This document shows, piece by piece, positions 9,173-19,616 of a DNA stretch of 64,000 bases. The stretch is taken from NCBI GenBank assembly GCA_965203805.1, contig OZ241917.1, positions 1,248,001-1,312,000 of the forward strand, given 5' to 3'. The position numbers and the translations under genes were made by a program. Positions within the stretch are counted from its first letter, which is position 1. The number at the start of each line of letters is the position of its first letter. Origin of the DNA: Candidatus Latescibacterota bacterium (GTDB lineage: Bacteria; Latescibacterota; UBA2968; GCA-2709665). The notes below the pieces were generated by a model. That model was not told the DNA's origin. It did not search any database and worked only from the letters and a program-made list of their open reading frames with translations.

Positions 9173-10969
9173 TCAATCCCCCACCTTTATCCGAAGGCTC
9201 GATGTGCCCTTGAGAAACAGATCGACGTCCTGTTGCGCGGAAACAGTCCCCACGGGGACCTGGTCCTGAGGAGGAAACACGTCTCCGGGCTCGGATCCGG
9301 GCGGCGTAAAGTCAACCGGACCCGTTTCTTCAAGTGGCGTTACATAACTCAACCTGGCCATCAGCAGGACATTCTGGTCCGCTTGATTCAGCCGTGCGAA
9401 AACATCGTCGATCGTCTCCTCGTCAGGTTCATCATCAACCGGTTCTCCACGTCCAATGGACCTCAACACGGGGGAGTCATCCTGCAATGCCGCGACGGAA
9501 CCTGCAATGAGTTGGTAGACGCCGGCCGGAAACGTATCCGGCACGCTGAGCGTCAGCGCGATTTTCCGGTCGCTCCGCCGCCCCACGCGCAACGATACGT
9601 TAACGGCCAGCCTGTCCCCTGGACTGACGACGGTGTCCGCGGCGACGTCCATCACCTTGGCAAAACGAGGCTCGGAGATCACTTCGATGTGAACCTCGGC
9701 CTCCCGTACCCGCAAGGCGTAATCGTCCCTGTCCATAAGCCCGATGAGTGTGAAGAACAAATCTCCCTGGGCAGTCTCAACCAAAGAGGTGAGCCCTCCT
9801 CCGAGCGAGGCGTTCAGCCGGGAAAAAGCAAGCGTCGAATCGGTGCCGACAAAGGAAATATCCGTGGTAACGCGGATACTGTGATCCGGCTCATTGTCGA
9901 CCCGACTGGACAAAGGAGCAAAAAACGCACTGGCGACGAGATCGCTCGAGATACGTGGAGCGACACCAATGGCGGGCATCCTGTGCGCAAGCTCGACAAG
10001 GTCCCCCGATGGAAACGTATACACGCTCTTGATCGGTACCAATTCCGGGCCGTCATCGAGCACGCCGCGAACCGCTAGCCGGCGGTCCTCCGTCAGTGTG
10101 CCCCGCACCGTCGGGTTCAGCGTCGCGAACTTGTACGGCGCTCTCAAATTGGAGATTTCTCCGAGCACCCGCGCTTCGATTATTGGAAGCGCCACCGGAC
10201 CCACTCCCAACATGGGATGCCCGAAACCATATATTCGATCGCCGTCAACGTAGGATATGGTTCCCAAGGAGCTGATGGTAAGCTCGCCCAGCAGCAAACC
10301 AACCGCCAGCGGCCTTCCGGGCGCAAAGCTTTCCTGGCGCTGCCGCGTCAACCCGGCGGCCACCGCCTCGCTCAGGAGGGACGAATCCCCTCCAGGCGGC
10401 GGCATACGATTGAACCCCGTGCTCAGCAAGGGGATATCCAGGGGGACGATACGGCGCCCCCGCAAAGTGGCCGCGCGTTTGGCCACCGGCGCCGTTCCCT
10501 TGGAGCCGATGACCCATTCCATCGGCGTGGCAAAGAAGTAGTACGGCGGACTGTCCTGGGAATCAAATCCATAAGCGATGGCGCCCCAGGCGCCCTGCTC
10601 GGTGAAAACCGGCGAACCGCTCATACCCTTGGCAATCCCCCCGAGCTGTATCAAAACCGGGTCGGAGGCTTCCACCATGTAGACCGGCATAGGCGGCAGG
10701 AAATCATCGACTACCTGGATGAACTTCATTTTCAGGTCCACGAGTTCGCCATTGGCGAATTCGGTGCGCAGGAACACCGGCGTGCCCACTGGCCTGGACC
10801 GGACCGAGTCGATCGATACGACCCTGGAGAGATCCCATGGTTGCAACTCTCCACCTGGTTCCGGCTCTTGCGGAGCGAGTGGAGGATCACGATCGTCCCC
10901 ACAGGACCACAGAACGAGAAACACGAAGGGAAAAAGCGCGGAGCGAATCGACGTAATCGTGAGTTGCAT
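9173..10969 (-). CDS. SpoIVB-like peptidase S55 domain lipoprotein
   Basis: Lipobox-like VLWSC; GIAKGMSGSPV catalytic Ser motif; GTISYVDGDRIYGFGHPM. Confidence 0.85.
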   Translation of the reverse strand: MQLTITSIRSALFPFVFLVLWSCGDDRDPPLAPQEPEPGGELQPWDLSRVVSIDSVRSRPVGTPVFLRTEFANGELVDLKMKFIQVVDDFLPPMPVYMVEASDPVLIQLGGIAKGMSGSPVFTEQGAWGAIAYGFDSQDSPPYYFFATPMEWVIGSKGTAPVAKRAATLRGRRIVPLDIPLLSTGFNRMPPPGGDSSLLSEAVAAGLTRQRQESFAPGRPLAVGLLLGELTISSLGTISYVDGDRIYGFGHPMLGVGPVALPIIEARVLGEISNLRAPYKFATLNPTVRGTLTEDRRLAVRGVLDDGPELVPIKSVYTFPSGDLVELAHRMPAIGVAPRISSDLVASAFFAPLSSRVDNEPDHSIRVTTDISFVGTDSTLAFSRLNASLGGGLTSLVETAQGDLFFTLIGLMDRDDYALRVREAEVHIEVISEPRFAKVMDVAADTVVSPGDRLAVNVSLRVGRRSDRKIALTLSVPDTFPAGVYQLIAGSVAALQDDSPVLRSIGRGEPVDDEPDEETIDDVFARLNQADQNVLLMARLSYVTPLEETGPVDFTPPGSEPGDVFPPQDQVPVGTVSAQQDVDLFLKGTSSLRIKVGD

Positions 10970-11144
10970 AGCGGTTCCCTTTCTCCCTCTCCTTTGTTCC
11001 TTAAGATTAATATAGGTCCGTATACTTCTCTTCGTATAACAGAAATATACGGACTTAATCGAAAAACACAAGACCGGCCCCGGGTTCGGTAACCCCCGGG
11101 CCCGGCGCGTGCCGTGACGTATGTCACATTTTTGCAAAAAACAC

Positions 11145-11171
11145 TTGACAAAACAGACATCTGTCTGTTTT
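11145..11171 (+). promoter_or_regulatory. TTGACA -35 box overlapped by palindrome AAAACAGACA-TC-TGTCTGTTTT; candidate repressor (SOS-type) operator
   Basis: Perfect 10-bp arms at 11150-11159 and 11162-11171, just upstream of imuA. Confidence 0.6.
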
Positions 11172-11175
11172 TTGT

Positions 11176-11901
11176 TTGTGGACACTCCTTCAGGAGCATG
11201 CGGAACCGTTTTCACTCCCGGGAAAGGTCGGCCAGGTGCGGGGCGTATCGGGAAATATCAAACAAAAACGCTTTTCAGCCTTGCAGGACAACGGGTTGCA
11301 GCGCCTCCGGGCCGATCTGAACAGGATCAGGACCCGGACGAAAACGCCGTGCTGGTCGCTGGCGCAGTTGGCCGGGCGTCTTTGCGAACTCTCCTCCGAT
11401 TCGGGAGCCGGGCTGCTCACGGCTGCCTTCCGGCTGGTGCTGGACGCGCAGTTCGGGCATGAGCCGGCGGCCTGGATCACGGCCACGCCGGATACCTTTT
11501 TCGCCCCCGATGCAGCCGACAACGGCGTGGACCTGAATGCCCTCGTCGTCGTCCACGTGCCCGATGCGCAGTCCGCGGCGCGATCGGCGGACCGGCTCCT
11601 GAGGTCAGGCGCCTTCGGCCTGATAGTAATGGATCTGCACGCCGATCCCGCAATCCCGTTTCCGCTGCAGGCGCGCCTGGCCCATCTGGCGCGCGCCCAC
11701 GAAACCGCCCTGCTCTGCCTGACCTCAAAAGCCAGGGAGACGCCTTCGCTGGGACCGATGGTCTGTCTGCGAGGGCAATCCTCCTGCCAGCGCCTGGGGG
11801 TCGACCGCTTCCAATACGACATCGAAATTCTGAAGGACAGACGTCATGGACCGGGCTGGCGCCACACCGAAATCTGCCGCGGGCCGGACGGCCTGCATTA
11901 A
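11176..11901 (+). CDS. imuA: ImuA / RecA-like mutasome accessory protein
   Basis: LAGRLCELS with degenerate P-loop, FFAPDAADNGVDL, LLRSGAFGLIVMDL; first gene of the cassette; start uncertain (possibly GTG 11236). Confidence 0.8.
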   Translation: MWTLLQEHAEPFSLPGKVGQVRGVSGNIKQKRFSALQDNGLQRLRADLNRIRTRTKTPCWSLAQLAGRLCELSSDSGAGLLTAAFRLVLDAQFGHEPAAWITATPDTFFAPDAADNGVDLNALVVVHVPDAQSAARSADRLLRSGAFGLIVMDLHADPAIPFPLQARLAHLARAHETALLCLTSKARETPSLGPMVCLRGQSSCQRLGVDRFQYDIEILKDRRHGPGWRHTEICRGPDGLH

Positions 11902-13375
11902 TATCCGGGCGCTTCCGCTGCAACTCCTGCTGAGGAGACACCCGGAATGGAAGCGGAGGCCGGTCGCGGTGGTGGAAAAAGAGAATCCTCAGAGCCCCAT
12001 CCTCTGGGTGAACTCAGCGGCCGGGCGGGCCGGCATCCGCACGGGAATGCGCTATGCCTCGGCCCTTTCACTGGACCGGGACCTGTGCGCAGGAACGGTT
12101 TCCGAGAGGGAAATCCAGGCCGCGGTGCGACAGGTCCACCGGCTTCTGGACCGTTTCAGCCCCCGGATCGAGCCCTGCAACGACGAACCCGGGATTTTCT
12201 GGGTCGACGCCAGCGGACTCGACAAACTCCATGCTTCTCTTGAGGACTGGGCCATGCAGATCGACTCCCGCCTCTCCCGGCTGGCGCTGAAGGCCAGCAT
12301 CGTCGTCGGGTTCAGCCGTTTCGGCAGCTATGCCATCGCCAGGTCGGTGAACCGGGTGACCGTGTTTCCTTCCCCCGAGGTCGAGCAGGCGGAAAGCCGA
12401 ATGGTGCGGCTGCTGCATCTGCAAATCGACCCGAAGCTGCGCGACCGGCTCGAAAAACTGGCGGTTCACACCGTGAGCGATTTCCTGGCGCTTCCCTCGG
12501 GCGGCATCGCGCATCGCCTCGGCGAGCAGGCCTGGAGCCTCTACCGTTTTGCGTCGGGAACGCTGTCGCTGCCGATTCAATCCCGGAAGATCCCCGAGCC
12601 CCTCCGCGTCCGGATAGACCTGGACGAGCCCGAATCCAATGCCCAAAGACTCCTTTTCTGGATCCGGCGGCGGCTGGACCCCCTGTTGCGGGCCACGGCG
12701 GCAAGGTGCCAGGCGGTGGCGGCCCTGCACCTGCACCTGCTGCTGGAAGACGGAGACCGTCATCGCCGGCGCATCCAGCCGGCAAGGCCGACCCTGGAGG
12801 CGCCGGTCCTGCTGGACCTGCTCGGTTTGCACCTGGAAACGGTCTCTTTCCGCGCGCCTCCGGTGGAATTGGCCCTCGAGGCGGAGGGTGTGTTCGTCTC
12901 CGCCGAAACCCTGGACCTGCTGCAGCAGAATCCGCGCCGCAATCTCGAGGCGGCCCTGGATGCGCTGGCCCGTGTCCGCGCCGAGTTCGGCCCCGATTCC
13001 GTGCTGTCGGCCCGGCTCAAACCGGGGCACCTGCCGGAAGCCCGTTTCGAGTGGCAGCCCTTCAGGAAGCTTGCCGCAGCCAGTCCCCGCCCGGTCCCCG
13101 TGCGTCCCCTGGTGCGGCGCGTCCACGCCTGTCCCGGACTCCTGGAAGGGGCTTCCCTTTACCAGGCGAAAAACCGGAAGCCGCCGGGCGCCTGTCTGCG
13201 TGCGGACACGCACAGGCAGGCGGAGCACTCGCCGGGACACGCGATCAGCGGAGGATGGTGGCGCCGGGAGATCCGGAGAGACTACCGGTTCATCAACACC
13301 CGCCGGGGGGAACGCCTCTGGATCTATTACGACCAGCAGGCGCGCCGCTGGTACGCCCAGGGCCGCGTCGAGTGA
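11846..13375 (+). CDS. imuB: ImuB, inactive Y-family polymerase
   Basis: AGRAGIRTGMRYASA, RFSPRIEP, GIFWVDASGL, C-terminal ISGGWW...RDY...LWIYYD. Confidence 0.88.
   Translation: MDRAGATPKSAAGRTACINIRALPLQLLLRRHPEWKRRPVAVVEKENPQSPILWVNSAAGRAGIRTGMRYASALSLDRDLCAGTVSEREIQAAVRQVHRLLDRFSPRIEPCNDEPGIFWVDASGLDKLHASLEDWAMQIDSRLSRLALKASIVVGFSRFGSYAIARSVNRVTVFPSPEVEQAESRMVRLLHLQIDPKLRDRLEKLAVHTVSDFLALPSGGIAHRLGEQAWSLYRFASGTLSLPIQSRKIPEPLRVRIDLDEPESNAQRLLFWIRRRLDPLLRATAARCQAVAALHLHLLLEDGDRHRRRIQPARPTLEAPVLLDLLGLHLETVSFRAPPVELALEAEGVFVSAETLDLLQQNPRRNLEAALDALARVRAEFGPDSVLSARLKPGHLPEARFEWQPFRKLAAASPRPVPVRPLVRRVHACPGLLEGASLYQAKNRKPPGACLRADTHRQAEHSPGHAISGGWWRREIRRDYRFINTRRGERLWIYYDQQARRWYAQGRVE
13191..13220 (-). 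mobile_element. 30-bp palindromic mini-insertion in imuB (in frame)
   Basis: Reverse complement CCTGCCTGTGCGTG-TC-CGCACGCAGACAGG has the same arms as the element at 61613-61648. Confidence 0.8.
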
Positions 13376-16300
13376 CCAGACCCGCCTCCAACCCGCCGCC
13401 CTACGTGCCTCTCTGGTGCAAGAGCAACTATTCCTTTCTGGAAGGCGCCAGCCATCCCGAGGAACTGGTCGAGGCCTGCCGGCGGAACGGCCTTCCCGCC
13501 ATGGCCCTCACCGACCGGAACGGCGTGTACGGAATCGTCAGGGCCCACGTTCAGGCCCAACAGGCGGGCATACACCTGATCGCGGGATCGCAGATCGGCC
13601 TCCAGGACGGATCGGAAATCCTGCTGCTGGCCCGGAACCGGAAGGGTTACGGCAATCTCTGCCGCCTGCTGACCGACGGGCATCTGCGTTCGTCCAAAGG
13701 AACGTGTACGCCGGGTCTGGAGGACGTATGCCGCCGCAATCCCGGCCTGATCGCCCTGTGGACCGGCCGGGCCGGGCCGGAAGCGCCCGCGGAGGGCGGC
13801 CCGGAGCCCGTACTGGAACAGCTCAAAACGGCATTCGGAGACCGCCTGTACATCCTGTTGGCCAGGCACCGCCGGGCGGAGGAGGTCCTGCGGGAAATCC
13901 GGCTCCGGGAACTGGCGGACCGGTTCGGCCTTCCCACCGCGGCCGCCGTGGAGGTCCTCTATCATACCCCCGAACGACGGCGCCTGCAGGATGTCCTCAC
14001 CTGTATCCGGGAAGGCGTGACCCTGTCCACGGCGGGCCGGAACATCCGGCCGAACGACCAGCACGCTCTGAAGCGTCCGGACGATCTGGCCCGCCTCTTC
14101 ATGGACGATCCGGAGTCGGTCATGCGGACCCGGGAAATTGCCGACCGCTGCTCCTTCTCGCTCCAGGAACTGCGCTACCGCTATCCGCTGGAACGCGTGC
14201 CGGAGGGCAGGACTTCCATCCAGTACCTGCGCGACCGGACGTTCGAGGGCGCCGAGCGACGGATGGGTGAAAAGTTCCAGAGCCAGATTCCGCAACTGGA
14301 GAAGGAACTCGATCTGATCCAGGAACTGGAGTACGAAGGCTACTTCCTGACCATGTACGAGATCGTCGAGTACTGCCGCCGTGAAAATATCCTCTGCCAG
14401 GGCCGGGGGTCGGCCGCCAACTCGGCGGTCTGCTTCGCCCTGGGGATCACCAGCGTGGACCCGACCCAGGTGGAACTTCTCTTCGAACGCTTTCTGTCCA
14501 GGGAGAGGGCCGAGCCTCCGGATATCGACCTGGATATCGAACACAACCGCAGGGAAGAAGTGATCCAGCATATGTACGAAAAATACGGGCGCGACCGCGC
14601 CGCCATGGTAGCCAACGTGGTACGTTATCGGTACCGGTCCGCCATCCGGGAAGTGGGCAAGGCGCTGGAGATTTCGGCAACCGGCCTGGACCGCCTGGCC
14701 AAGCTGGTGTCCCATGAAAACTGGAGCGACGCCTTCATTGCGCAGGCCGGGCTCGATCCCCGGAACCCGGCCCTGCGCCATCTCGCTTCCCTGGTGGAAG
14801 AGATCCAGGATTTTCCCCGCCATCTCTCCATACATCCCGGCGGCTTTCTGCTGGGCCATCGTCCTGTCCACGAACTGGTGCCCATCGAGAACGCCACGAT
14901 GGACGGCAGAACGGTCATTCAATGGGACAAGGAGGACGTGGAGCAGGCCGGTCTGTTCAAGGTGGACCTGCTGGGACTGGGCGCCCTCACCCATCTGCAT
15001 CTCTGCTTCGATCTCCTGCGGCGGCACCGCCGGCAGAACCTGTCTCTGGCCACCCTTCCCCGGGACGACGCGGCGACCTTCGAAATGATCTGCCGCAGCG
15101 ATACCGTGGGGGTGTTTCAGATCGAAAGCCGGGCGCAGATGGCCATGCTGGGGCGACTCAAGCCGTGCAGCTATTACGACCTGGTGATCGAGATCAGCAT
15201 TGTGCGTCCCGGACCCATCACGGGCGGCATGGTGCATCCCTATCTGCGGCGGCGCAATGAGGACGAGGAAGTCGAATATCCCCATCCTTCCCTCGTTCCC
15301 GTTCTAAAAAAAACCATGGGCATCCCTCTGTTTCAAGAGCAGGTGATGCAACTGGCCATGGTTGCGGCCGACTACACCCCCGGCGAGGCCGACCAGCTCC
15401 GGCGAGACATGGCGGCTTGGCGGCGTTCCGGACGCATTGAGCGGCATCACCGCCGCCTCGTCACCCGCATGGTTAAAAAGGGCATCCAGCGGGAGTTTGC
15501 CGAGCGTGTTTTCCAGCAGATCCGCGGGTTCGGCGAATACGGCTTTCCCGAGAGCCATGCCGCCAGCTTTGCCCATATCGCCTATGCCACCGCCTATCTC
15601 AAATGCCACCGTCCGGCGGAGTTCGTCTGCGCCCTGCTGAACGCCCAGCCGATGGGGTTCTACTCTGCCGCCACCATCGTCAACGACGCCCGGATTCATG
15701 GGGTTGAGGTGCAACCGGTCAGCATTCTCGACAGCCACTGGGATTGCACGCTGGTCCGAATTGAGAGTGATCAAGGGAAATCCGCCGAGTTCGCGGTTCG
15801 CATGGGACTGCGCTACGTCGGAGAGTTGGGCGAAAGAGACTGGGAGAAGTTGGCGAAGGCCTCTCGGCAGACCCCCTTCCGCGATCTGCCGGACGTCGCC
15901 CGGCGCAGCGGGCTTCGCCAGGACAAGTTGGAAGCCCTGGCCGAGGCAGGCGCCTTCGAATGTTTCGGTATGGACCGCCGCAGTGCGCTCTGGCAGATCC
16001 ACGGGTTCGCAACCCAACAAAAGCCTGTGCTGCCATTGAGCAGCCGCGCCCCGCTGCCTCAGTTCCCCCCCCTGAGCGGGCTGGAGACCATCGTCTGGGA
16101 CCATCAGGCCAGCAGCCACAGCTCCCGGGGCCACCTCTTGAAACCGCTGCGTTCCGCGCTGGCTGCTCGGGGGCTACCCAATGCCCGCCAACTCAATCGG
16201 ATGCCGGACAGCCGCCGGGTCAGCTACGCGGGGATGGTCATTTGTCGCCAGCGCCCGGGAACCGCGAAAGGCGTCATCTTCATGACCCTGGAGGATGAGA

Positions 16301-16494
16301 CGGGTTTTGTGAACCTGGTTATCTGGGAAAGGACTTTCAAGCGCTATTCCCTGCTGGCCAAAACGCTTTCCTGCATGGGCGTGACCGGAAAACTGCAGGT
16401 GGGAGAGGGCGTCACCCACCTGGTGGTTGAAAAAATCTGGAAGCCGAAGCTGGATAACGGGTCGCTCCGCCTCAAGAGCCGGGATTTTCATTGA
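13372..16494 (+). CDS. dnaE2: Error-prone DNA polymerase DnaE2 (ImuC)
   Basis: PHP start SNYSFLEGASHPEEL, QGRGSAANS, EPPDIDLD, RHLSIHPGG, YGFPESHAASF, C-terminal SRDFH motif; GTG start overlaps the imuB stop. Confidence 0.95.
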   Translation: MTRPASNPPPYVPLWCKSNYSFLEGASHPEELVEACRRNGLPAMALTDRNGVYGIVRAHVQAQQAGIHLIAGSQIGLQDGSEILLLARNRKGYGNLCRLLTDGHLRSSKGTCTPGLEDVCRRNPGLIALWTGRAGPEAPAEGGPEPVLEQLKTAFGDRLYILLARHRRAEEVLREIRLRELADRFGLPTAAAVEVLYHTPERRRLQDVLTCIREGVTLSTAGRNIRPNDQHALKRPDDLARLFMDDPESVMRTREIADRCSFSLQELRYRYPLERVPEGRTSIQYLRDRTFEGAERRMGEKFQSQIPQLEKELDLIQELEYEGYFLTMYEIVEYCRRENILCQGRGSAANSAVCFALGITSVDPTQVELLFERFLSRERAEPPDIDLDIEHNRREEVIQHMYEKYGRDRAAMVANVVRYRYRSAIREVGKALEISATGLDRLAKLVSHENWSDAFIAQAGLDPRNPALRHLASLVEEIQDFPRHLSIHPGGFLLGHRPVHELVPIENATMDGRTVIQWDKEDVEQAGLFKVDLLGLGALTHLHLCFDLLRRHRRQNLSLATLPRDDAATFEMICRSDTVGVFQIESRAQMAMLGRLKPCSYYDLVIEISIVRPGPITGGMVHPYLRRRNEDEEVEYPHPSLVPVLKKTMGIPLFQEQVMQLAMVAADYTPGEADQLRRDMAAWRRSGRIERHHRRLVTRMVKKGIQREFAERVFQQIRGFGEYGFPESHAASFAHIAYATAYLKCHRPAEFVCALLNAQPMGFYSAATIVNDARIHGVEVQPVSILDSHWDCTLVRIESDQGKSAEFAVRMGLRYVGELGERDWEKLAKASRQTPFRDLPDVARRSGLRQDKLEALAEAGAFECFGMDRRSALWQIHGFATQQKPVLPLSSRAPLPQFPPLSGLETIVWDHQASSHSSRGHLLKPLRSALAARGLPNARQLNRMPDSRRVSYAGMVICRQRPGTAKGVIFMTLEDETGFVNLVIWERTFKRYSLLAKTLSCMGVTGKLQVGEGVTHLVVEKIWKPKLDNGSLRLKSRDFH

Positions 16495-16830
16495 CCGGAT
16501 GTGCGGCAAGCGCCGCGGACGATGCTGCCTACGCCGCCGCCCTCCCCACTGTGGAGCACGCCCCCCTCGTGACGGCTACGAGTTGACGCAGGATCCGGAC
16601 TTCACCGACCCCGGCGGCATCATCGGTGCTTGCTCTACCTCAAGGAGAAGACCACGGCTTCGTTGGTTTCCGAACGTTGCGCTACGGACCCACCATCGTT
16701 ATATTGAGGAGAACAGGAAGCCGAATACATTGGCCCCTTTCTACGGCGGGAATCAGGGTGAAACTCGACGGTAGGCCATTTGATAAACCCTGGAACCGAC
16801 CCGTGCTTCCAAACGCTCAGGGCAGCCCGT

Positions 16831-17763
16831 ATGGCCGAATTTGACACTATTTCCAAACACCTGATGCACACCCATCCCCTGGACTTTGTCCGTTTCAGCC
16901 TGGATCAGGACGACGTAGAGGTCGTCGAAATCCTTGACACTGAGCAACCCACCGTCGAAACGCGCCGCACCGACAGCCTGATCCGCGTGCACATCGGCGG
17001 CGAGGAGGCGTTGGTCCATCACGAATTTCAAACGACGGACAGCACGCATCCGCCGATGCCGCGCCGCATGGCCGGGTATATCGGCCGCGGCCTTGAACTG
17101 CACGGCCTGCCGATCTATTCCCATGTCATCTACCTACGGCCCGATGCGGGGCGGGCTGATCCGGGACACTACCTGCAAGATCGGACCGGCTACCGGGTGG
17201 TAGTGCAATACAGGGTAATTCGGCTTATTGAGATCGACGGTGAACGCATCTTCCGCATGGGACATACGGGCTTGCTGCCTTTTGCGCCTTTGATGCGGCC
17301 GCCAGCGGAGATGGCCCCAGCGGCGTGGTTGCGTCAGTGTATTCACGCCGCCGCCGAGCTACCGCTGGCTCGGTCTGTCAAGGCCGATTTTCTCGCTGGT
17401 CTAACGCTGTTGAGCGGGTTGGTTTACGACTCGGAAACCATTCGGAATCTTAGTTTTCAGGAGGGCATCATGGACATCGTGCGCGAGTCATCCTTTGCTC
17501 AATACCTTACCAAGCAAGGCATTGAGCAGGGTATTGAACAGGGCATTGAGCAGGGTATCCGGGAAAGCATCCTGGAAGTATTGGCGCTTCGCTTTGATGT
17601 GGACGCGGCGCAGCAGTTGGCCGCCAGGATTGGGGCCATTGACGAAGTGCCCCGGCTAAAGCAATTGCATCGGGCGGCGATACAGGCGTCCAGTCTGCCG
17701 GCGTTTCGGGACCTGTTAGAGGCTACCGACGGCAACGAAGGGCCGACCAGGAACCAGCCTTGA
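16831..17763 (+). CDS. Rpn-family (PD-(D/E)XK) recombination-promoting nuclease / putative transposase
   Basis: RRTDSLI...HHEFQT...MPRRMAGY core; GIEQ repeats; C-terminal LEVLALRF...LKQLHRAA domain. Confidence 0.85.
   Translation: MAEFDTISKHLMHTHPLDFVRFSLDQDDVEVVEILDTEQPTVETRRTDSLIRVHIGGEEALVHHEFQTTDSTHPPMPRRMAGYIGRGLELHGLPIYSHVIYLRPDAGRADPGHYLQDRTGYRVVVQYRVIRLIEIDGERIFRMGHTGLLPFAPLMRPPAEMAPAAWLRQCIHAAAELPLARSVKADFLAGLTLLSGLVYDSETIRNLSFQEGIMDIVRESSFAQYLTKQGIEQGIEQGIEQGIRESILEVLALRFDVDAAQQLAARIGAIDEVPRLKQLHRAAIQASSLPAFRDLLEATDGNEGPTRNQP
17470..17763 (+). CDS. Candidate in-frame internal small protein (Rpn-S-like antitoxin, 97 aa)
   Basis: GGAGG at 17460-17464 precedes in-frame ATG 17470, just before the GIEQ repeats. 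Confidence 0.5.
   Translation: MDIVRESSFAQYLTKQGIEQGIEQGIEQGIRESILEVLALRFDVDAAQQLAARIGAIDEVPRLKQLHRAAIQASSLPAFRDLLEATDGNEGPTRNQP
17515..17559 (+). repeat. 12-bp tandem repeat encoding (QGIE)x3-QGI
   Basis: CAAGGCATTGAG CAGGGTATTGAA CAGGGCATTGAG CAGGGTATC. Confidence 0.9.
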
Positions 17764-18095
17764 TTCGTCGTATTTCGGCAAGGTCATTTTAGATTTTCCC
17801 GGAAGAACAAAGGCGATTTTCCGGCACAATTCAGTGATTCTAGAGGTCACCGAACGTGACCAGAGAAACGGTGTAACCTGACCGGATTATTTCCACATTT
17901 CACGCGGCATGACTAACAGTCCGTTGCTTGTATTTGACGAACCAAGGCCAGCCTGCTTATTCGGCGGATTATATGTTGCCTGATTGTGGACGCAACATCT
18001 GAGCAGACGTCGAGCAGATGTCGATCACCGCCGATCGTGGCAACGCGAGCGGGCAGATTGTGAGCATGTTCGCTCCCACCTGAAAGGCGGACTCT

Positions 18096-19543
18096 ATGGG
18101 AATAACCGATACTAAAGATGCCGAAAGGCAAAAGCCGCAGCCGGCAACGTTTGAATTCAAAAATATCGGACCCGTCAAGGATGCCGAATTGGAATTGGGA
18201 GATCTTACCATCATCGCGGGCCGAAACAATACCGGCAAGACTTACATAGCATACACATTATACGGGTTCCTGAAAATGTTCGAGGAATGGCCGGAACTTG
18301 TAGACGACGCAGACCTCGATTCGGGGACACCTCACTATATCAAGGAAATGCTCGCCAAAAAAATGCGGGAAATCGTCCGGGCTGAACATACGGTTGACCG
18401 GGAATTGCGACATGAAATGCGTTCGGAGTTGATGCGCGAAATGACTCAGGCATTCTCGGGGCCCCGTCTGCCTGACGTGTTCAGTTCGCCACGAAGTGCT
18501 TTCCAGGGCGCTGCACTTGACGTCAGACTCGGCGCCGATTTTTCCAGGGATGAGCGACGTTTCGAAACAACCGTGTCCGACGGCACAGTACTTTCGCTGA
18601 AATACGACGGACGAAATGTCACCCTTCATACGAAACAGGGTAAGCAGCGACACAGTCGGTTCGAGATTAACGAAGCTCTTTCGTCTCTTTATCTTCAGTT
18701 TCTGTTTCCTGAACTTCCGTCCAATACGTTTATACTGTCAGCGGAGCGTTTTGGTATTTCACTTTTCTACAGGGAACTCGACTTTACCAAAAACCAATTG
18801 GTCGATGTACTGAAAAAATGGGCGACGACAAGACATTGGGCAGGAGTTCGAGGTTCATGTTCATCGACGGTGCCACCAGCCGGTACGCACTTCCAATAAA
18901 ACACAATATCGACTACACCAGGAGCATTCCGGATATAAAATCAAAGGATGGCAGTCTTCACGCCCATCGATTTGCAGACGAAATAAAGGACATGATGGGC
19001 GGCTACTACCGGGCGTCCGGAGACGAGATACGATTCATCTCAAAGGCTCGAGGAAAGGGACGGAGCTTCAATATTCCCTTGCACATCGCTTCCTCGTCTG
19101 CACGAGGCTTATCGGACTTTTACTTTTTCCTGCGTCATGTTGCAAGCAGCGGCCACCTTCTTATCATTGACGAGCCGGAAAGCCATCTTGACACTGCCAA
19201 CCAGATACTTCTGGCGCGATTGTTGGCACGATTCGTACGCGCTGGTTTGAAAGTGCTCATCACGACCCACAGCGACTATTTGATCAAGGAAATCAACAAT
19301 CTGGTCATGTTAAACAGCACGTTCGCGGAGAAAGAATCGGTTGTAAAAAAACTAAAGTATCGATCGGACGATGCACTGGAACCGGAATCAATTCGAGCAT
19401 ACGTCGCTGAGAACAATGGGCTTACGAAGTGTGACGTTGATGAATTCGGCATCGATATGCCGGTTTTCGATCAAACCATCGACGAGATAAACAAGGTCGC
19501 AAACGAACTGGCATCTCGACTTTCGGATGACTCGGAGGGTTGA
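18096..19543 (+). pseudogene. ABC-type AAA ATPase (AAA_15/AAA_21-like) split by a frameshift at the A6 run 18813-18818
   Basis: ORF1 has NIGPVK and Walker A GRNNTGKT; ORF2 has ASSSARGL, IIDEPESHL and ITTHSDY; one extra A joins them as VLKKMGDD. Confidence 0.82.
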
Positions 19544-19616
19544 AGTGGGGTTTGCTGCTTTTCTGAAGAGAATCCTCGATTCCAAGATTCTGGTTTCGAG
19601 AAGGCACGATGGGAGC

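Noticed and set aside
12639-15285. Long alternative-frame ORFs, and the 222-aa N-terminal extension of the 1262-aa dnaE2 ORF
   Set aside because: They overlap imuB/dnaE2 and are Pro/Arg/Gly-rich noise; DnaE2 homology starts at about 13372.
16560-16640. DGYELTQDPDFTDPG resembles a fragment of large repetitive surface proteins
   Set aside because: Too short and without a supporting ORF.
17830-17851. TTCTAGAGGTCACC resembles an IS5-type terminal repeat
   Set aside because: No matching partner end or target duplication found.
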